DNA of 64,000 nucleotides from a virus. The translations under genes and the position numbers were made by a program. The stretch spans positions 8,418-72,417 of the IMG/VR virus record IMGVR_UViG_3300024317_000004; one strand, written 5' to 3'. The notes beneath the pieces are model-generated. The model saw nothing but the letters and a program-made list of their open reading frames with translations, did no database searches and was not told the DNA's origin. This document shows, in pieces, positions 39,757 through 49,579 of the stretch. Within the stretch, counting starts at the first letter, position 1, and the number at the start of each line of letters is the position of its first letter.

Positions 39757-41945
39757 GTGACGTCATCGTCTCCGCGGCGGATGAGGTCATCACGGTCGCT
39801 GCTTATCAGGGCACGCCCGGCCCCCCGATGCCTGCCGTGCGTCTAGCAACCGCTTCGGCATTGCCCGCGTTCACTGCAGACGTCAGCGGTATTACGTTCA
39901 ATGCCAATGGACCCGTGACCCTCGATGGTCAAGCAACCGTCGCGGGCACCGATGTGCTGTCCAAGAACGAAGGCGGCGGGACCTCGATCTACAACCGAAT
40001 CTTTACGGTGAAGACCGTCGGCGACTCGGGCACCCAGGAGCGATGGCTTTACAAGCAGAACGTCGCCTACAAGATCGGTTTCCCGGTTGTCGTCGGTCTT
40101 GGTGGTATCAATGCTGGGACATTTTGGCAGGTAGCCGTCGATGGCGCGATTACGCCCGGCACGACACCGCTCGCCTGGCAAGCGCCGATCAGCGGCAGTG
40201 GCGGAGGCGTATCGGACGGTACAACGATCCAGGGCAACGGGTCGCCTGGTAGTCCGTTTGCCGTCAAGGATGGCGGGATTCCTGACGCCAAGCTCACGAG
40301 CGCCTTCCTCAAGGCAGACGGCTCCGTTACGTTGGCCGCAAACTGGGCCGTTGGAAGTCATAAGATCACTGGTCTTGCCGATCCAACGTCTGCACAGGAT
40401 GCTGCCACCAAGGCGTATGTCGATGCGGCCGCACAGGGCTTCGATCTCAAAGCCTCGGTCCGTTTCGCGACAACCACGAACGACACATTAAGCGGGCTTG
40501 CAGCCAGAGATGGTGTGACGCCCGTTGCGGGCGACCGCGTCCTCGTCAAGAATCAGAGCGCCGCCTCCCAGAACGGGATCTATGTCGCAGCTTCCGGAGC
40601 CTGGTCCCGCTCGACAGACGCCGACACAAGTGCAGAGGTCACCTCGGGCCTATTCACCTTCGTCTCCGAAGGCACGATCAACGGCGGCACTTCTTGGGCA
40701 CTGACAACTGCGGATCCGATCACGCTTGGCAGCACAGCGCTTGCGTTCACGCAGACCCACGGGCCTGGAACGTACACGGCGGGTACCGGCCTTCAGTTGA
40801 CGGGCACGCAGTTCGCAATTGACAGCACGGTCGTCACGCTCGCTGGCTCACAAGCACTCACCAACAAGACACTCACCTCGCCCACGATCAACGGGTCGGC
40901 TCTAAGCGGAACGTTTTCAGGCAATCACACGGTTTCCGGACAAGCCTCGTTCACGGAGGCAACCGCGCCCATCATCAGCGCCAAGATCGGCCCCTCCTCC
41001 GGCCAGCAACACACCATCCCCACGGTCACCAGCAGCACGCTCGCAGTGCTCGGCGCCGCGCAGACCTGGACGGCAGTCCAGACGCACTCGATCGACGATG
41101 GCGTACAAAACGACATTACCGATGTCGTCTTGGTGCGGCACACGTACAACGCGGGTAATGGCGCAAGCAACATTGCCGCGGGTATGCTGTTTCAAACGGA
41201 GGACAGCGCCGGCAACGTTCAGGACACGGCACGCATCGCCGGCATTCTGACCAACGCAACATCGGGCAGCGAGACGAGCGCGATCGACTTCTGGGCGTGG
41301 TCCTCGGGTGCGCTCACCCGCCGGATGCGTCTTGGTTCGGACGGCGGGCTGCTCGTTGGGAGCACCGCCGCACTCGGAGCGATCGGTATTGGTATTCCGA
41401 ACGCTACGTTCTTTTATGCACGCAACAATACGGACACCGGTTGGGTGCAGATGTTTCAGCTCAATGGCACGAGGCCGGAATTCGGCACGAACATTGGGTG
41501 CATGTTTCGAGGTCAACCGCTGCAGCTTCTGTCCGGGACAACGATTGATTTTTTCCCTGCGAACCAGACGGGACCTTCGATGAGTAACACCACCATGATG
41601 TGGGGGTGTAACGACGCAACGGCATCGGCTACAGACTTTACGCATCGTGGTGCGAACATCACGGGTACGAACGCGGCCGGTAAGACACTTGCAATACAGG
41701 CGCCTCTAGGCACAGGCACTGGCACCAACGGAATCCTCCGGTTCACGGGCGGCAAAGTCGGCTCCACCGGCACAACTGCACACGCTCTAACCACCCTGAT
41801 GGATCTTCAGCACAGTGCCGTGGATAACGACACGGTGATGTGGCTGACGATCCGCAAAGGCGGCGTCGACACGACCGAACGGGTCACTCTGGTAGCCGCC
41901 GCAAGCGTAGCGGGCTCCGGCCGCAACTTTCTGAGCGTTTCGTAA
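39753..41945 (+). CDS. tail fibre protein
   Basis: KITGLADPTSAQDAATKAYVD, LVKNQSAASQNGIY; 730 aa, Thr/Gly-rich. Confidence 0.8.
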   Translation: MSDVIVSAADEVITVAAYQGTPGPPMPAVRLATASALPAFTADVSGITFNANGPVTLDGQATVAGTDVLSKNEGGGTSIYNRIFTVKTVGDSGTQERWLYKQNVAYKIGFPVVVGLGGINAGTFWQVAVDGAITPGTTPLAWQAPISGSGGGVSDGTTIQGNGSPGSPFAVKDGGIPDAKLTSAFLKADGSVTLAANWAVGSHKITGLADPTSAQDAATKAYVDAAAQGFDLKASVRFATTTNDTLSGLAARDGVTPVAGDRVLVKNQSAASQNGIYVAASGAWSRSTDADTSAEVTSGLFTFVSEGTINGGTSWALTTADPITLGSTALAFTQTHGPGTYTAGTGLQLTGTQFAIDSTVVTLAGSQALTNKTLTSPTINGSALSGTFSGNHTVSGQASFTEATAPIISAKIGPSSGQQHTIPTVTSSTLAVLGAAQTWTAVQTHSIDDGVQNDITDVVLVRHTYNAGNGASNIAAGMLFQTEDSAGNVQDTARIAGILTNATSGSETSAIDFWAWSSGALTRRMRLGSDGGLLVGSTAALGAIGIGIPNATFFYARNNTDTGWVQMFQLNGTRPEFGTNIGCMFRGQPLQLLSGTTIDFFPANQTGPSMSNTTMMWGCNDATASATDFTHRGANITGTNAAGKTLAIQAPLGTGTGTNGILRFTGGKVGSTGTTAHALTTLMDLQHSAVDNDTVMWLTIRKGGVDTTERVTLVAAASVAGSGRNFLSVS

Positions 41946-41955
41946 AGGAACCAAC

Positions 41956-42288
41956 ATGGCAACGCTGAAGCAGGTTTTTGACCTGGGAACGGACATTCCG
42001 ATCCAGGATCGGTTGATTGCGTCCATGCGCCACCTGGCGAACTACATTCTGACGGCGGAGTCCTCGCCGGCCGACGCACGCGAGAATCTCGCAAGGGCCG
42101 TCTTGCGGGATGCGACCACCCATCGGCCGGCATTCCAGGTGCAGATCGCAGACAACGTTACAGCGCAAACGTCAGCCTATTCTGGCGGGACGTTGCATTC
42201 TGAGAATATTGTCGATTCGGACATTGATTACATCATTGGCGTGAGTTGGGACTTGGTTGCGAGTCTGTACTTCGCGCCCGCGGAGTGA
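41956..42288 (+). CDS. hypothetical protein (possible fibre chaperone)
   Basis: follows the fibre gene; RBS AAGGAA. Confidence 0.55.
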   Translation: MATLKQVFDLGTDIPIQDRLIASMRHLANYILTAESSPADARENLARAVLRDATTHRPAFQVQIADNVTAQTSAYSGGTLHSENIVDSDIDYIIGVSWDLVASLYFAPAE

Positions 42289-42293
42289 CTCGT

Positions 42294-42608
42294 ATGAAGC
42301 AAATTCCAGAAAACGACGCCTTGCGCATTCTGGCGCATGGCCAAGAGCGGCGAGCGTGCAGTGCCGAGATGGACTTACTCGCGGAGCGTCACAGGCAACT
42401 GTCTCTGCGGCGTGACAAGGCGCAAGCCAGTATCCGCGAGATCATGAAACGAAACGGCCTTGATCCGGATGCACACGCCGTTGTGACCAGCGACGACGCA
42501 TCGCAGCCACTTGGGGTCGTGGTGAACGCCAACACTGGCCAGCCGATCGCCGAAGAGCCACCGCCCGCGACCGATCAGTCTGTTTCCGCAGCCGATCAAC
42601 CATCATGA
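42294..42608 (+). CDS. hypothetical protein
   Basis: RBS GGAG; coupled to the next ORF. Confidence 0.55.
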   Translation: MKQIPENDALRILAHGQERRACSAEMDLLAERHRQLSLRRDKAQASIREIMKRNGLDPDAHAVVTSDDASQPLGVVVNANTGQPIAEEPPPATDQSVSAADQPS

Positions 42609-43171
42609 CACGAGTCCTCAGCGGTCTCTTCGCGCTCGCTTTGCTAGTGGCCTGCGGCGGCACGGGCGCGGACATGCCCCTTGGCGGGCGTGATGTCGCG
42701 GTGGCCATCGTGGACTGCGTGAGCCCACAGCGAGAGTGGATCACGGCTGAAGTGCAGTCGTTTGGCTGGCATGTCTCCGAAGCGGGTGAGGTCTCGGTCC
42801 GATGCGCGGACACGGGTGATCGAGGTGGCGCCGGCGAGTATCGCCTGGGCGCGAGCGAGGTGCTTCTCGATCCCACCAAGGCCGCAGGCGAGTTCGCAGC
42901 CAGGGCCGTCGCAGGTCACGAGTTGGTGCATTACCTACTTAGCAAGGGACCGCACCCAGAGACCGGCAGAATGCACGTGTGCACCTGGCCGATCAACGAT
43001 CCAGTGCCACCCAACTGCTACCCGTATGCGACCCCAAGCCGCGTCCTGATGTCCCCCTCGGGGCCTATGGAGTGGGATGATGACCAGGAGATGTTCAGCC
43101 TGGACGTGGTGCCAGAGTACCGCGTGACGGAAGTGGATCGGCAATTCATCGAGTGGGCATTGCGGCCATGA
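42605..43171 (+). CDS. lipoprotein with HExxH metallopeptidase motif
   Basis: lipobox LLVAC; GHELVH. Confidence 0.65.
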   Translation: MTRVLSGLFALALLVACGGTGADMPLGGRDVAVAIVDCVSPQREWITAEVQSFGWHVSEAGEVSVRCADTGDRGGAGEYRLGASEVLLDPTKAAGEFAARAVAGHELVHYLLSKGPHPETGRMHVCTWPINDPVPPNCYPYATPSRVLMSPSGPMEWDDDQEMFSLDVVPEYRVTEVDRQFIEWALRP

Positions 43172-43608
43172 CCTTCGCGCAATTCTTCGCCCTACTCGCA
43201 ACGTTCGGCACGGTGGCGCTCGTGGTCATTCCGGTCGTGCGCCCGTACGTCAAAGACGCGCGTTACGCAAAGGCTCTGGAGATCCTCGAAAAGCTAGCGT
43301 CGGCCGCGGTGGGCAGTCGAGTCCAGCGAGTCGTTGATTTGAAAGACCCTGCCAAGCCAGGCTATTGGTCGCCTGCTGCCGCGCTCTCAACCAAGCAGTC
43401 TGCGGTCGATGACGTTGTCGTGCAAGGGCAGCGCGCGGTTGACACGCTCAGAAAGCTCGGCGTCGAGCGACCCGAGTACCTGATTGCGCAGATGATCGAG
43501 AGCGCGGTGACCGCACAGAAAGCCGCTCGGCCGGCAGGAGCCACTGCTGTGGCCGTCGCGCCCGCGATGCCTGCGTCGGTGATTCAGACAGGAGGGAATG
43601 AACCGTGA
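43168..43608 (+). CDS. holin-like membrane protein
   Basis: single N-terminal TM helix followed by a helical domain ending IESAV. Confidence 0.5.
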   Translation: MTFAQFFALLATFGTVALVVIPVVRPYVKDARYAKALEILEKLASAAVGSRVQRVVDLKDPAKPGYWSPAAALSTKQSAVDDVVVQGQRAVDTLRKLGVERPEYLIAQMIESAVTAQKAARPAGATAVAVAPAMPASVIQTGGNEP

Positions 43609-43793
43609 GTCTCATCCAGGTGATCATCATTCTGATCGTCATCGGCGTGCTGCTCTGGGCCATCAATTCCGTCATCCCGATGGATCCCAGGATTCGGCAG
43701 ATCATCAGCGCCGTGGTCATCGTGGCCGTGGTGCTGTGGCTACTGGCGGCGTTCTTCCCGGGCCTGGGGCTGTCAACGATTCGAGTGCGGTGA
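43605..43793 (+). CDS. two-TM small membrane protein (Thivi_2564-like)
   Basis: IILIVIGVLLWAINSVIPMDPRIRQII...VVLWLL. Confidence 0.7.
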   Translation: MSLIQVIIILIVIGVLLWAINSVIPMDPRIRQIISAVVIVAVVLWLLAAFFPGLGLSTIRVR

Positions 43794-43797
43794 CCCC

Positions 43798-44070
43798 ATG
43801 CGAACCCTATGGATCATACCCGCGATCGGGCTGGTGGTTGCAGGTTGCCCCGCGATGCCAAAACCAGACGGCTGCACTCCTGGTGCCCAACGCTGCCACA
43901 ACGACGTGCCCCAGGTCTGCTCGCCAAGCGGGCGATGGTCGAGCACGAGCCGGCCTTGCAGCCAGGTTGGCGCTCAATGCTGCAACACGCCCTCCGTCTA
44001 CGATGGCCGGCCGATCTACACCTGTGCCACGCCGGCACGCTGTCTTGATGCCGACGGGGGTACGCCATGA
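43798..44070 (+). CDS. Cys-rich lipoprotein
   Basis: lipobox VVAGC; CTPGAQRC...QVC motif. Confidence 0.65.
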   Translation: MRTLWIIPAIGLVVAGCPAMPKPDGCTPGAQRCHNDVPQVCSPSGRWSSTSRPCSQVGAQCCNTPSVYDGRPIYTCATPARCLDADGGTP

Positions 44071-44624
44071 AGAACGCCGATCCGGGCACCGCGGCAGCCT
44101 TTGCAAGCTTTATGCTGTCGCGATTCCGCGGTCTGCTGCTTCCCGAAGGCGCGGTATCGGCCCTCTTCAGCACGACCATCGGCTTTGATCCCACGAGGCT
44201 TCTCAGCGCTCGCGCGATGACGCTGGGCCCTGTCGTTTGGATGCGCGACGGCCTCTCGCCCGACGAGCAGATGGTCACGATCGTGCACGAGTGCGACCAC
44301 TTGATCGCCTGGTGGGACAAGCCCGCGGAAGTCTCGTGGCTCTACCTGGCCAACGAGGAGTTCCGTGTCGAGCAGGAGGTACGTGCCTACCTCGCGGGGC
44401 TAGAGTTCACCTTCGCGCGCACCAAGCAGATTCCCGCCACGCTCGATGACGTGGTCGAGCCGATGCACCACGGCTACGCGTTGAGCAGTCGAGTCATCGC
44501 GTTTGCGCGTGCCAAGCTCGAGCAGGGCGCCACGATGGTGGCACAGGGGCTTGTGACCACGGATTCGGCACGCGTGGGGATTGACTGGCTTGAGCATAAC
44601 GCCAGCGAGTTGCTCGCCACGTGA
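44067..44624 (+). CDS. HExxH metallopeptidase-like protein
   Basis: AMTLG...VHECDH...EVRAY. Confidence 0.6.
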   Translation: MKNADPGTAAAFASFMLSRFRGLLLPEGAVSALFSTTIGFDPTRLLSARAMTLGPVVWMRDGLSPDEQMVTIVHECDHLIAWWDKPAEVSWLYLANEEFRVEQEVRAYLAGLEFTFARTKQIPATLDDVVEPMHHGYALSSRVIAFARAKLEQGATMVAQGLVTTDSARVGIDWLEHNASELLAT

Positions 44625-45097
44625 TACCGCTTCTGGCTCTGATCGCAGACAGCGAGGGCTCGGTTAGCTACCCGGTTTTCGCGGCGGCAATCGTTGGCAT
44701 CTTCACGACGCTCGGAAGCGTCATTGCGATGCTTTACAGACGCGTCGAGCGCGACGCGCAAAAGTGCTTTGAGGACCGCGCGAACGATCAGAAAGAACGC
44801 GCCTCGGAAAACAAGACGTGGGCGGATCGTATCGAAGCGCTGCACAAGGAGCGCGCGGCCGAGAACCAAGCGTGGTTTGGCAAGGCCGAGGCCCTGCATC
44901 GAGAGCACGAGACCAAGACCGAAAAGATGCTCGAGCAGGTCATCAAGATGGCTGATCGCAGCAAAGAGGTCGAATACGCCACGATCGGCGCGATCACCGA
45001 CTCCAGCAAGTCCATGCTCGGTGTGGGGCAAGCGGTGAACACTCTCGCCGAAAAGCTTAATGAGCGCAGAGCCGAGTCGCATTCTGCTCGTGGATGA
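44621..45097 (+). CDS. membrane-anchored coiled-coil protein
   Basis: N-terminal TM helix, charged helical remainder. Confidence 0.55.
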   Translation: MIPLLALIADSEGSVSYPVFAAAIVGIFTTLGSVIAMLYRRVERDAQKCFEDRANDQKERASENKTWADRIEALHKERAAENQAWFGKAEALHREHETKTEKMLEQVIKMADRSKEVEYATIGAITDSSKSMLGVGQAVNTLAEKLNERRAESHSARG

Positions 45098-45449
45098 CAA
45101 CCCCTTGATGCTGGACCATCACGCCGTGATGCTTCGGGTCGCTGGGTTCTCGGTGCGAGCAGAAAATAATCGTCGCGATGCGATGCGTGCTCTCGCGAGC
45201 TATCGTCCGCACTTGATTGCGTCCGATATCCGCATGGAGCGCATGGACGACGGGTACGTGCTGTGCCGGCAAGTCCGAAGCGATCCAGACATCGAGGACA
45301 TTCCGATCATTCTGTATTCGGCGCAAGACGTCACCACCGAAACGAGAAACCAGGCCCAATCCGCGGGCGCGACGGCCATCCTGATGACCCTGCCCGGTAT
45401 TGATTGGCTCGTCAGAGAGATTCGATCGGTTCTGTCTTTGCCGCAGTAA
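45060..45449 (+). CDS. single-domain response regulator (CheY-like receiver)
   Basis: ILLVDDN, PHLIASDIRMERMDDGY, IPIILYSA, AGA. Confidence 0.85.
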   Translation: MSAEPSRILLVDDNPLMLDHHAVMLRVAGFSVRAENNRRDAMRALASYRPHLIASDIRMERMDDGYVLCRQVRSDPDIEDIPIILYSAQDVTTETRNQAQSAGATAILMTLPGIDWLVREIRSVLSLPQ

Positions 45450-45554
45450 TTCCTGGCATTGCCACTGTCACGAGCTAGTCTCTAACAACAAACTGGCCCT
45501 CTGAACGCGCGAACGTTCGAGGGCCTTACCGACGCACGATAGGAGGTGCAGTCG

Positions 45555-46247
45555 ATGGACACACGCAAGCATGCCCTGCCGCCCAGAGCAAGGGACCTTA
45601 CGAAAGAGTCTCCGTTCGGTCGTTTGACCGTTATCGAGTACGCTGGCCTTACAGCAACCGGCAAACACAGAAGACCGCTTTGGCGGTGTCGATGCGAATG
45701 CGGAAAGATCTGCATCATACGGGCCAGCAGTCTGGTGAAAGGCGCCACTACATCCTGCGGATGCCTGCACAAGGAAGTTATTCTAAAGGCCGTCACGAAA
45801 CACGGGCATCTCATCGGAGGAATGCCCCCAGAATACAGAAGCTGGGCAAAAGCCAAGTCTCGTTGCCACACGAAGAGTGACCATTCCTTTGCCGAGTATG
45901 GCGCACGCGGCATCTGCATGTGTAGCCGTTGGCGCGATAGCTTCGCGGCATTCTACGAAGACATGGGGACGCGGCCGTCCGCGAAGCATTCCATTGATCG
46001 AAAGAATGGCGATCTTGGATACTGGTGCGGCCGCTGCGAAGAGTGCACAAGGAACGGCTGGATTGCCAACTGTCGCTGGGCAACTCCGACACAGCAAAGT
46101 CGCAACCGGGCTCATGTTCGAAAGATCGCTTACAAAGGGCAGGAGTTGCTTCTGCCTGAATGGGCCGAGAAGCTAGGCATTCCCTACCGGACTCTGTACG
46201 ACCGCCTCAAAAGAGGCTGGTCCGTTGACCGGGCTCTTAAAAAGTAG
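45555..46247 (+). CDS. phage HNH-type endonuclease
   Basis: FGRLTV...WRCRCECG...TSCGC...YGARGI...FYEDMG...SIDR...NCRWAT. Confidence 0.85.
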   Translation: MDTRKHALPPRARDLTKESPFGRLTVIEYAGLTATGKHRRPLWRCRCECGKICIIRASSLVKGATTSCGCLHKEVILKAVTKHGHLIGGMPPEYRSWAKAKSRCHTKSDHSFAEYGARGICMCSRWRDSFAAFYEDMGTRPSAKHSIDRKNGDLGYWCGRCEECTRNGWIANCRWATPTQQSRNRAHVRKIAYKGQELLLPEWAEKLGIPYRTLYDRLKRGWSVDRALKK

Positions 46248-46274
46248 TCGCGCTGGAACAAAGGATCCATTGCT

Positions 46275-48515
46275 ATGACCACAGCACCGAAGATTATTGC
46301 CCTGCAGTCTGCGGGCCCCGGAGTCCTGACGGCCGTTCTTGAGACCATCAACCAAGAGCCCAAGGGCTCTCAGCCAGACGTCCTCGACCTGGATCCGGCG
46401 CACTGGACGGTCAATGGCGCGCACCCAGTTGCGATCCACCGGTACTCATTGCCATGGTACGAGCAACCCAAAGCCGCAGACGGAACCTACGAGATCACGG
46501 TTCGTCACTCGGTGTTCTTAACGCTTGGGCAGCCTTTCGTAGACGCGACGTCCTACGCGGTTGCGTGCCCTTATGGGAACGCTGGGCTTGTGTTTGGCAA
46601 TAGGACGACGTTCGCGTCGTGCATCAAGACCAACCAGTCTGCGTATGCAAAAGCATCCACCGCGCGGTTCGCGAACCTCGGGGTGTGGCTCGGCGACGGG
46701 GGCCCGATGGCCCTCAGTCCTTTGCCGGCGTACGAAGTCATTCGCGAGTCGGATGGCGCGGTCATCTACAAAGGAACCGCCGCGGCGGGCATCGATGACA
46801 CTGGGTTAGCGGGGCCTAAGAGCGGGGAAATTGTCCATCGCCTGGATCTGAGCGCAGTCCCCGAGGGCGGCGCTTATTTTGTGAGTGTTCCGGGTATCGG
46901 CAGAAGCCGATCGTTTTGGGTTGGCGGCGACGTTGAGCGCAGGACCGCCATCGTTGCACTGCACAGCTTGACGATCGCTCGGTGTGGGCAGGAACTCAAG
47001 GAACCGTGGTCGCCATGGGCAAGGCCTGCGTGCCACCCACGCGTTACGGACGCGCGGTCACCCTATCCGGGCAGCGGGTTTATTCAGGTACCCAGTGGCG
47101 CGCAGACATTCGAGATGCGCGGCATGCGGCACGACGCCGGGGACTTTGACAGAAACCCCAACCACGCCATCATTCCAATCTTACTGCTTACCTACTTCGA
47201 AGCGTGGCCCAGTCACTTCACCGATCGGCAGTATGACATTCCGGAGTCTGGAAACGGCACGCCGGACCTGCTGGACGAGGCCCTTTGGGATGTCCTGGGG
47301 CTTGAGCATCTCCAGATTACCGATGCGAATGACCCGCTCAATGGCGGAGTTCGCAGCGGTACCGAGCAAGCGCGCCATCCAGACTACGGAATTGATAACG
47401 CGGTACTCGACAAGGGTGTGTACTCCACGTGGGGGGTGGACGGTCAGGCTGATTCGCCCGGCGAAGGCTTTACCGCCTTTGCGGCCGGGATCTTTGCTCA
47501 GGCAAGTCGATTGGTTCGCCCCTACGACGCGGCACATGCAGACGATCTGCTCGGAAGAGCACGTCTCGCGTGGGGCTATCACGCCAGCCACAACACCGCG
47601 ACGGCGATCAAGGCATACAATCTTTACGCCTCGCTTCAGCTCTATCTGACGACGGGCGAAAGCCCGTTCCATGATCTGTTCAAGGCGCAAGCGAACGCGA
47701 TTCTCGTAAAGGATGGCAGTTGGCCCGTTCAGTATCGAGGCGGCAATCTGGCCGCGAAAGTGCAGACCGTGCACTTTGCCTCGTACACGCTACCCACATC
47801 ACGCGCTGTCGATGCGACGTTGGTCGATGCGATCAAGGCACGCGTGATTCGGGAGGCCGACCAGGGCGGGTATCACGGAATTCATCCGCTCACCGACCCA
47901 TATCCCGTGGGTGCAACGAAGTTCCTGGGATACGGAGCACTGACCGCACCGGGCCGGAACGACGCAGATGCGTTTGCGAGTCTCTACGAGACCGACCCCG
48001 CCAAGAAGCAGCAGCGCATCAACAAGATGAGCCTGCTTGCTGACGGCATCCTTGGACTCAATGCCATGGGCATGAGCTATGTGGTCGGCATCGGGACCGA
48101 TCAACCGAATTGCCCGGGGCACCTGGATAGCTTCTTCGCGGAGAAAGACACGCTCCACCCCATCCCAGGTGTCATGGTGTACGGGCCGAGCGAAGGACGC
48201 AGCGGCTACGACTACCAGATGACCATCACGAACAAGCTCGTTCCCTCCTACGAGCAACTGCCAATTGGCAGGCGTTTCGTGCATGCCTGGGCATCGATTT
48301 TAAACGCGGAAGACACCATATGGGAGGTGCGCGTCTGGTTCGCCGTCCTGATGGCCTTCCTCCACGACGCCTCCAAAGACCCTGCACCCACGCTCCCGCC
48401 TCCGCCACAGCCGAGTACCGGCGTCACGCTCACAGCAGACCAATGCGATCGGTTTACACGTGCTGTTAGCGACCTCAACGCGATCCGCGACGAGCTGGGC
48501 TTGAAAGCCAGCTAA
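46275..48515 (+). CDS. glycoside hydrolase family 9-like protein
   Basis: HDAGDFD, IPESGNGTPDLLDE, LGLNAMGMSYVVGIG, NAEDTI; N-terminal Ig-like segment. Confidence 0.85.
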   Translation: MTTAPKIIALQSAGPGVLTAVLETINQEPKGSQPDVLDLDPAHWTVNGAHPVAIHRYSLPWYEQPKAADGTYEITVRHSVFLTLGQPFVDATSYAVACPYGNAGLVFGNRTTFASCIKTNQSAYAKASTARFANLGVWLGDGGPMALSPLPAYEVIRESDGAVIYKGTAAAGIDDTGLAGPKSGEIVHRLDLSAVPEGGAYFVSVPGIGRSRSFWVGGDVERRTAIVALHSLTIARCGQELKEPWSPWARPACHPRVTDARSPYPGSGFIQVPSGAQTFEMRGMRHDAGDFDRNPNHAIIPILLLTYFEAWPSHFTDRQYDIPESGNGTPDLLDEALWDVLGLEHLQITDANDPLNGGVRSGTEQARHPDYGIDNAVLDKGVYSTWGVDGQADSPGEGFTAFAAGIFAQASRLVRPYDAAHADDLLGRARLAWGYHASHNTATAIKAYNLYASLQLYLTTGESPFHDLFKAQANAILVKDGSWPVQYRGGNLAAKVQTVHFASYTLPTSRAVDATLVDAIKARVIREADQGGYHGIHPLTDPYPVGATKFLGYGALTAPGRNDADAFASLYETDPAKKQQRINKMSLLADGILGLNAMGMSYVVGIGTDQPNCPGHLDSFFAEKDTLHPIPGVMVYGPSEGRSGYDYQMTITNKLVPSYEQLPIGRRFVHAWASILNAEDTIWEVRVWFAVLMAFLHDASKDPAPTLPPPPQPSTGVTLTADQCDRFTRAVSDLNAIRDELGLKAS

Positions 48516-48532
48516 ACAAACAGGAGATTTTC

Positions 48533-49561
48533 TTGACGACTTCGATTGCGATTTTCCACAAAGACCTGAGCCAAGCGAGCGCGCGCTATTCACACATTGC
48601 GCTTGGCGTCGGCGCCATGCACACCGCAAAGGTCCTGCGGGCACACGGCATTCGCGCGCGGGTGTTTGCCGTGAAGACCCCGGAGCAGATCGCCGAGATT
48701 CTCTCGACACACGGTCCAGTCAAGTTCGCAGTGCTCGAAGCGCCGTGGATCAAAACAAAGGCCATCGAAGAGCTAATCAGCCTGTTCCCGTCCACCGAGT
48801 TTCTGCTGCGCTGCCATTCACAAGTGGCATTTTTGCAGGTCGATCAAAACGCGGTCCGCCTGGTCCGGGAAGCGTTGCGCTTGCAAGAGATCAGCACGAA
48901 CTTCCGCGTCTGTGGCAATTCCAAGCGGCTCTGCGATTTCCTTCGGGTCGCGTACGGATCACAGTGCCTCTTGCTGCCAAACCTGTACGACATTCATCGC
49001 GAAAAGCGACGGCACCGACCCTTGCCACGCGTCGGTCCCATCAAGATCGGATCGTTTGGCGCGAGCCGAATCCTCAAGTTCCATTCGACGGCTGCTGCCG
49101 CCGCCCTGATGGTCGCAAGAAACCGCGGCACGGACCTAAGCTTCTATCTCAACGTCGGACGCGATGACCCTGGCGAGTGGATCCTCAACGCGATCCGCCA
49201 GATGTTTGCAGACGTGCCGTGGGCCAAGCTCATCGAGATTCCGTGGTGCCCATGGCCAGAGTTCCGTCATCAGATTGCGACGATGGACGTGTGTCTACAG
49301 CTCTCGGCGACCGAGAGTTTCAACATCGTGACCGCTGATGCGGTTGCGGAAGGTGTCCCGAGCGTCGTAGGCCCTGCGATCGACTGGGTGCCATCCTATT
49401 GGCAGGCGCCCATTGATGATCCTGCGGCCGTCGCACGCACCGCAGAGGTCCTGCTCGACGATCGCTATGCGCCCGAAGATGGGTTCAAGGCGCTCACAGA
49501 GTACGACGAGATGAGCGTGGCGGTGTGGAAGAAGACCCTCGCCACAGCGCTCGAGGACTAA
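48533..49561 (+). CDS. glycosyltransferase (GT-B/GT4-like)
   Basis: IGSFGASRILK, MDVCLQLSATESFNIVTADAVAEGVPSV. Confidence 0.8.
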   Translation: MTTSIAIFHKDLSQASARYSHIALGVGAMHTAKVLRAHGIRARVFAVKTPEQIAEILSTHGPVKFAVLEAPWIKTKAIEELISLFPSTEFLLRCHSQVAFLQVDQNAVRLVREALRLQEISTNFRVCGNSKRLCDFLRVAYGSQCLLLPNLYDIHREKRRHRPLPRVGPIKIGSFGASRILKFHSTAAAAALMVARNRGTDLSFYLNVGRDDPGEWILNAIRQMFADVPWAKLIEIPWCPWPEFRHQIATMDVCLQLSATESFNIVTADAVAEGVPSVVGPAIDWVPSYWQAPIDDPAAVARTAEVLLDDRYAPEDGFKALTEYDEMSVAVWKKTLATALED

Positions 49562-49579
49562 CCAAACGAAAGCAGGTGC

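Noticed and set aside
35009-41945. Diversity-generating retroelement or invertible fibre cassette
   Set aside because: No reverse transcriptase or invertase is present; the paralogs differ throughout, not only at adenines.
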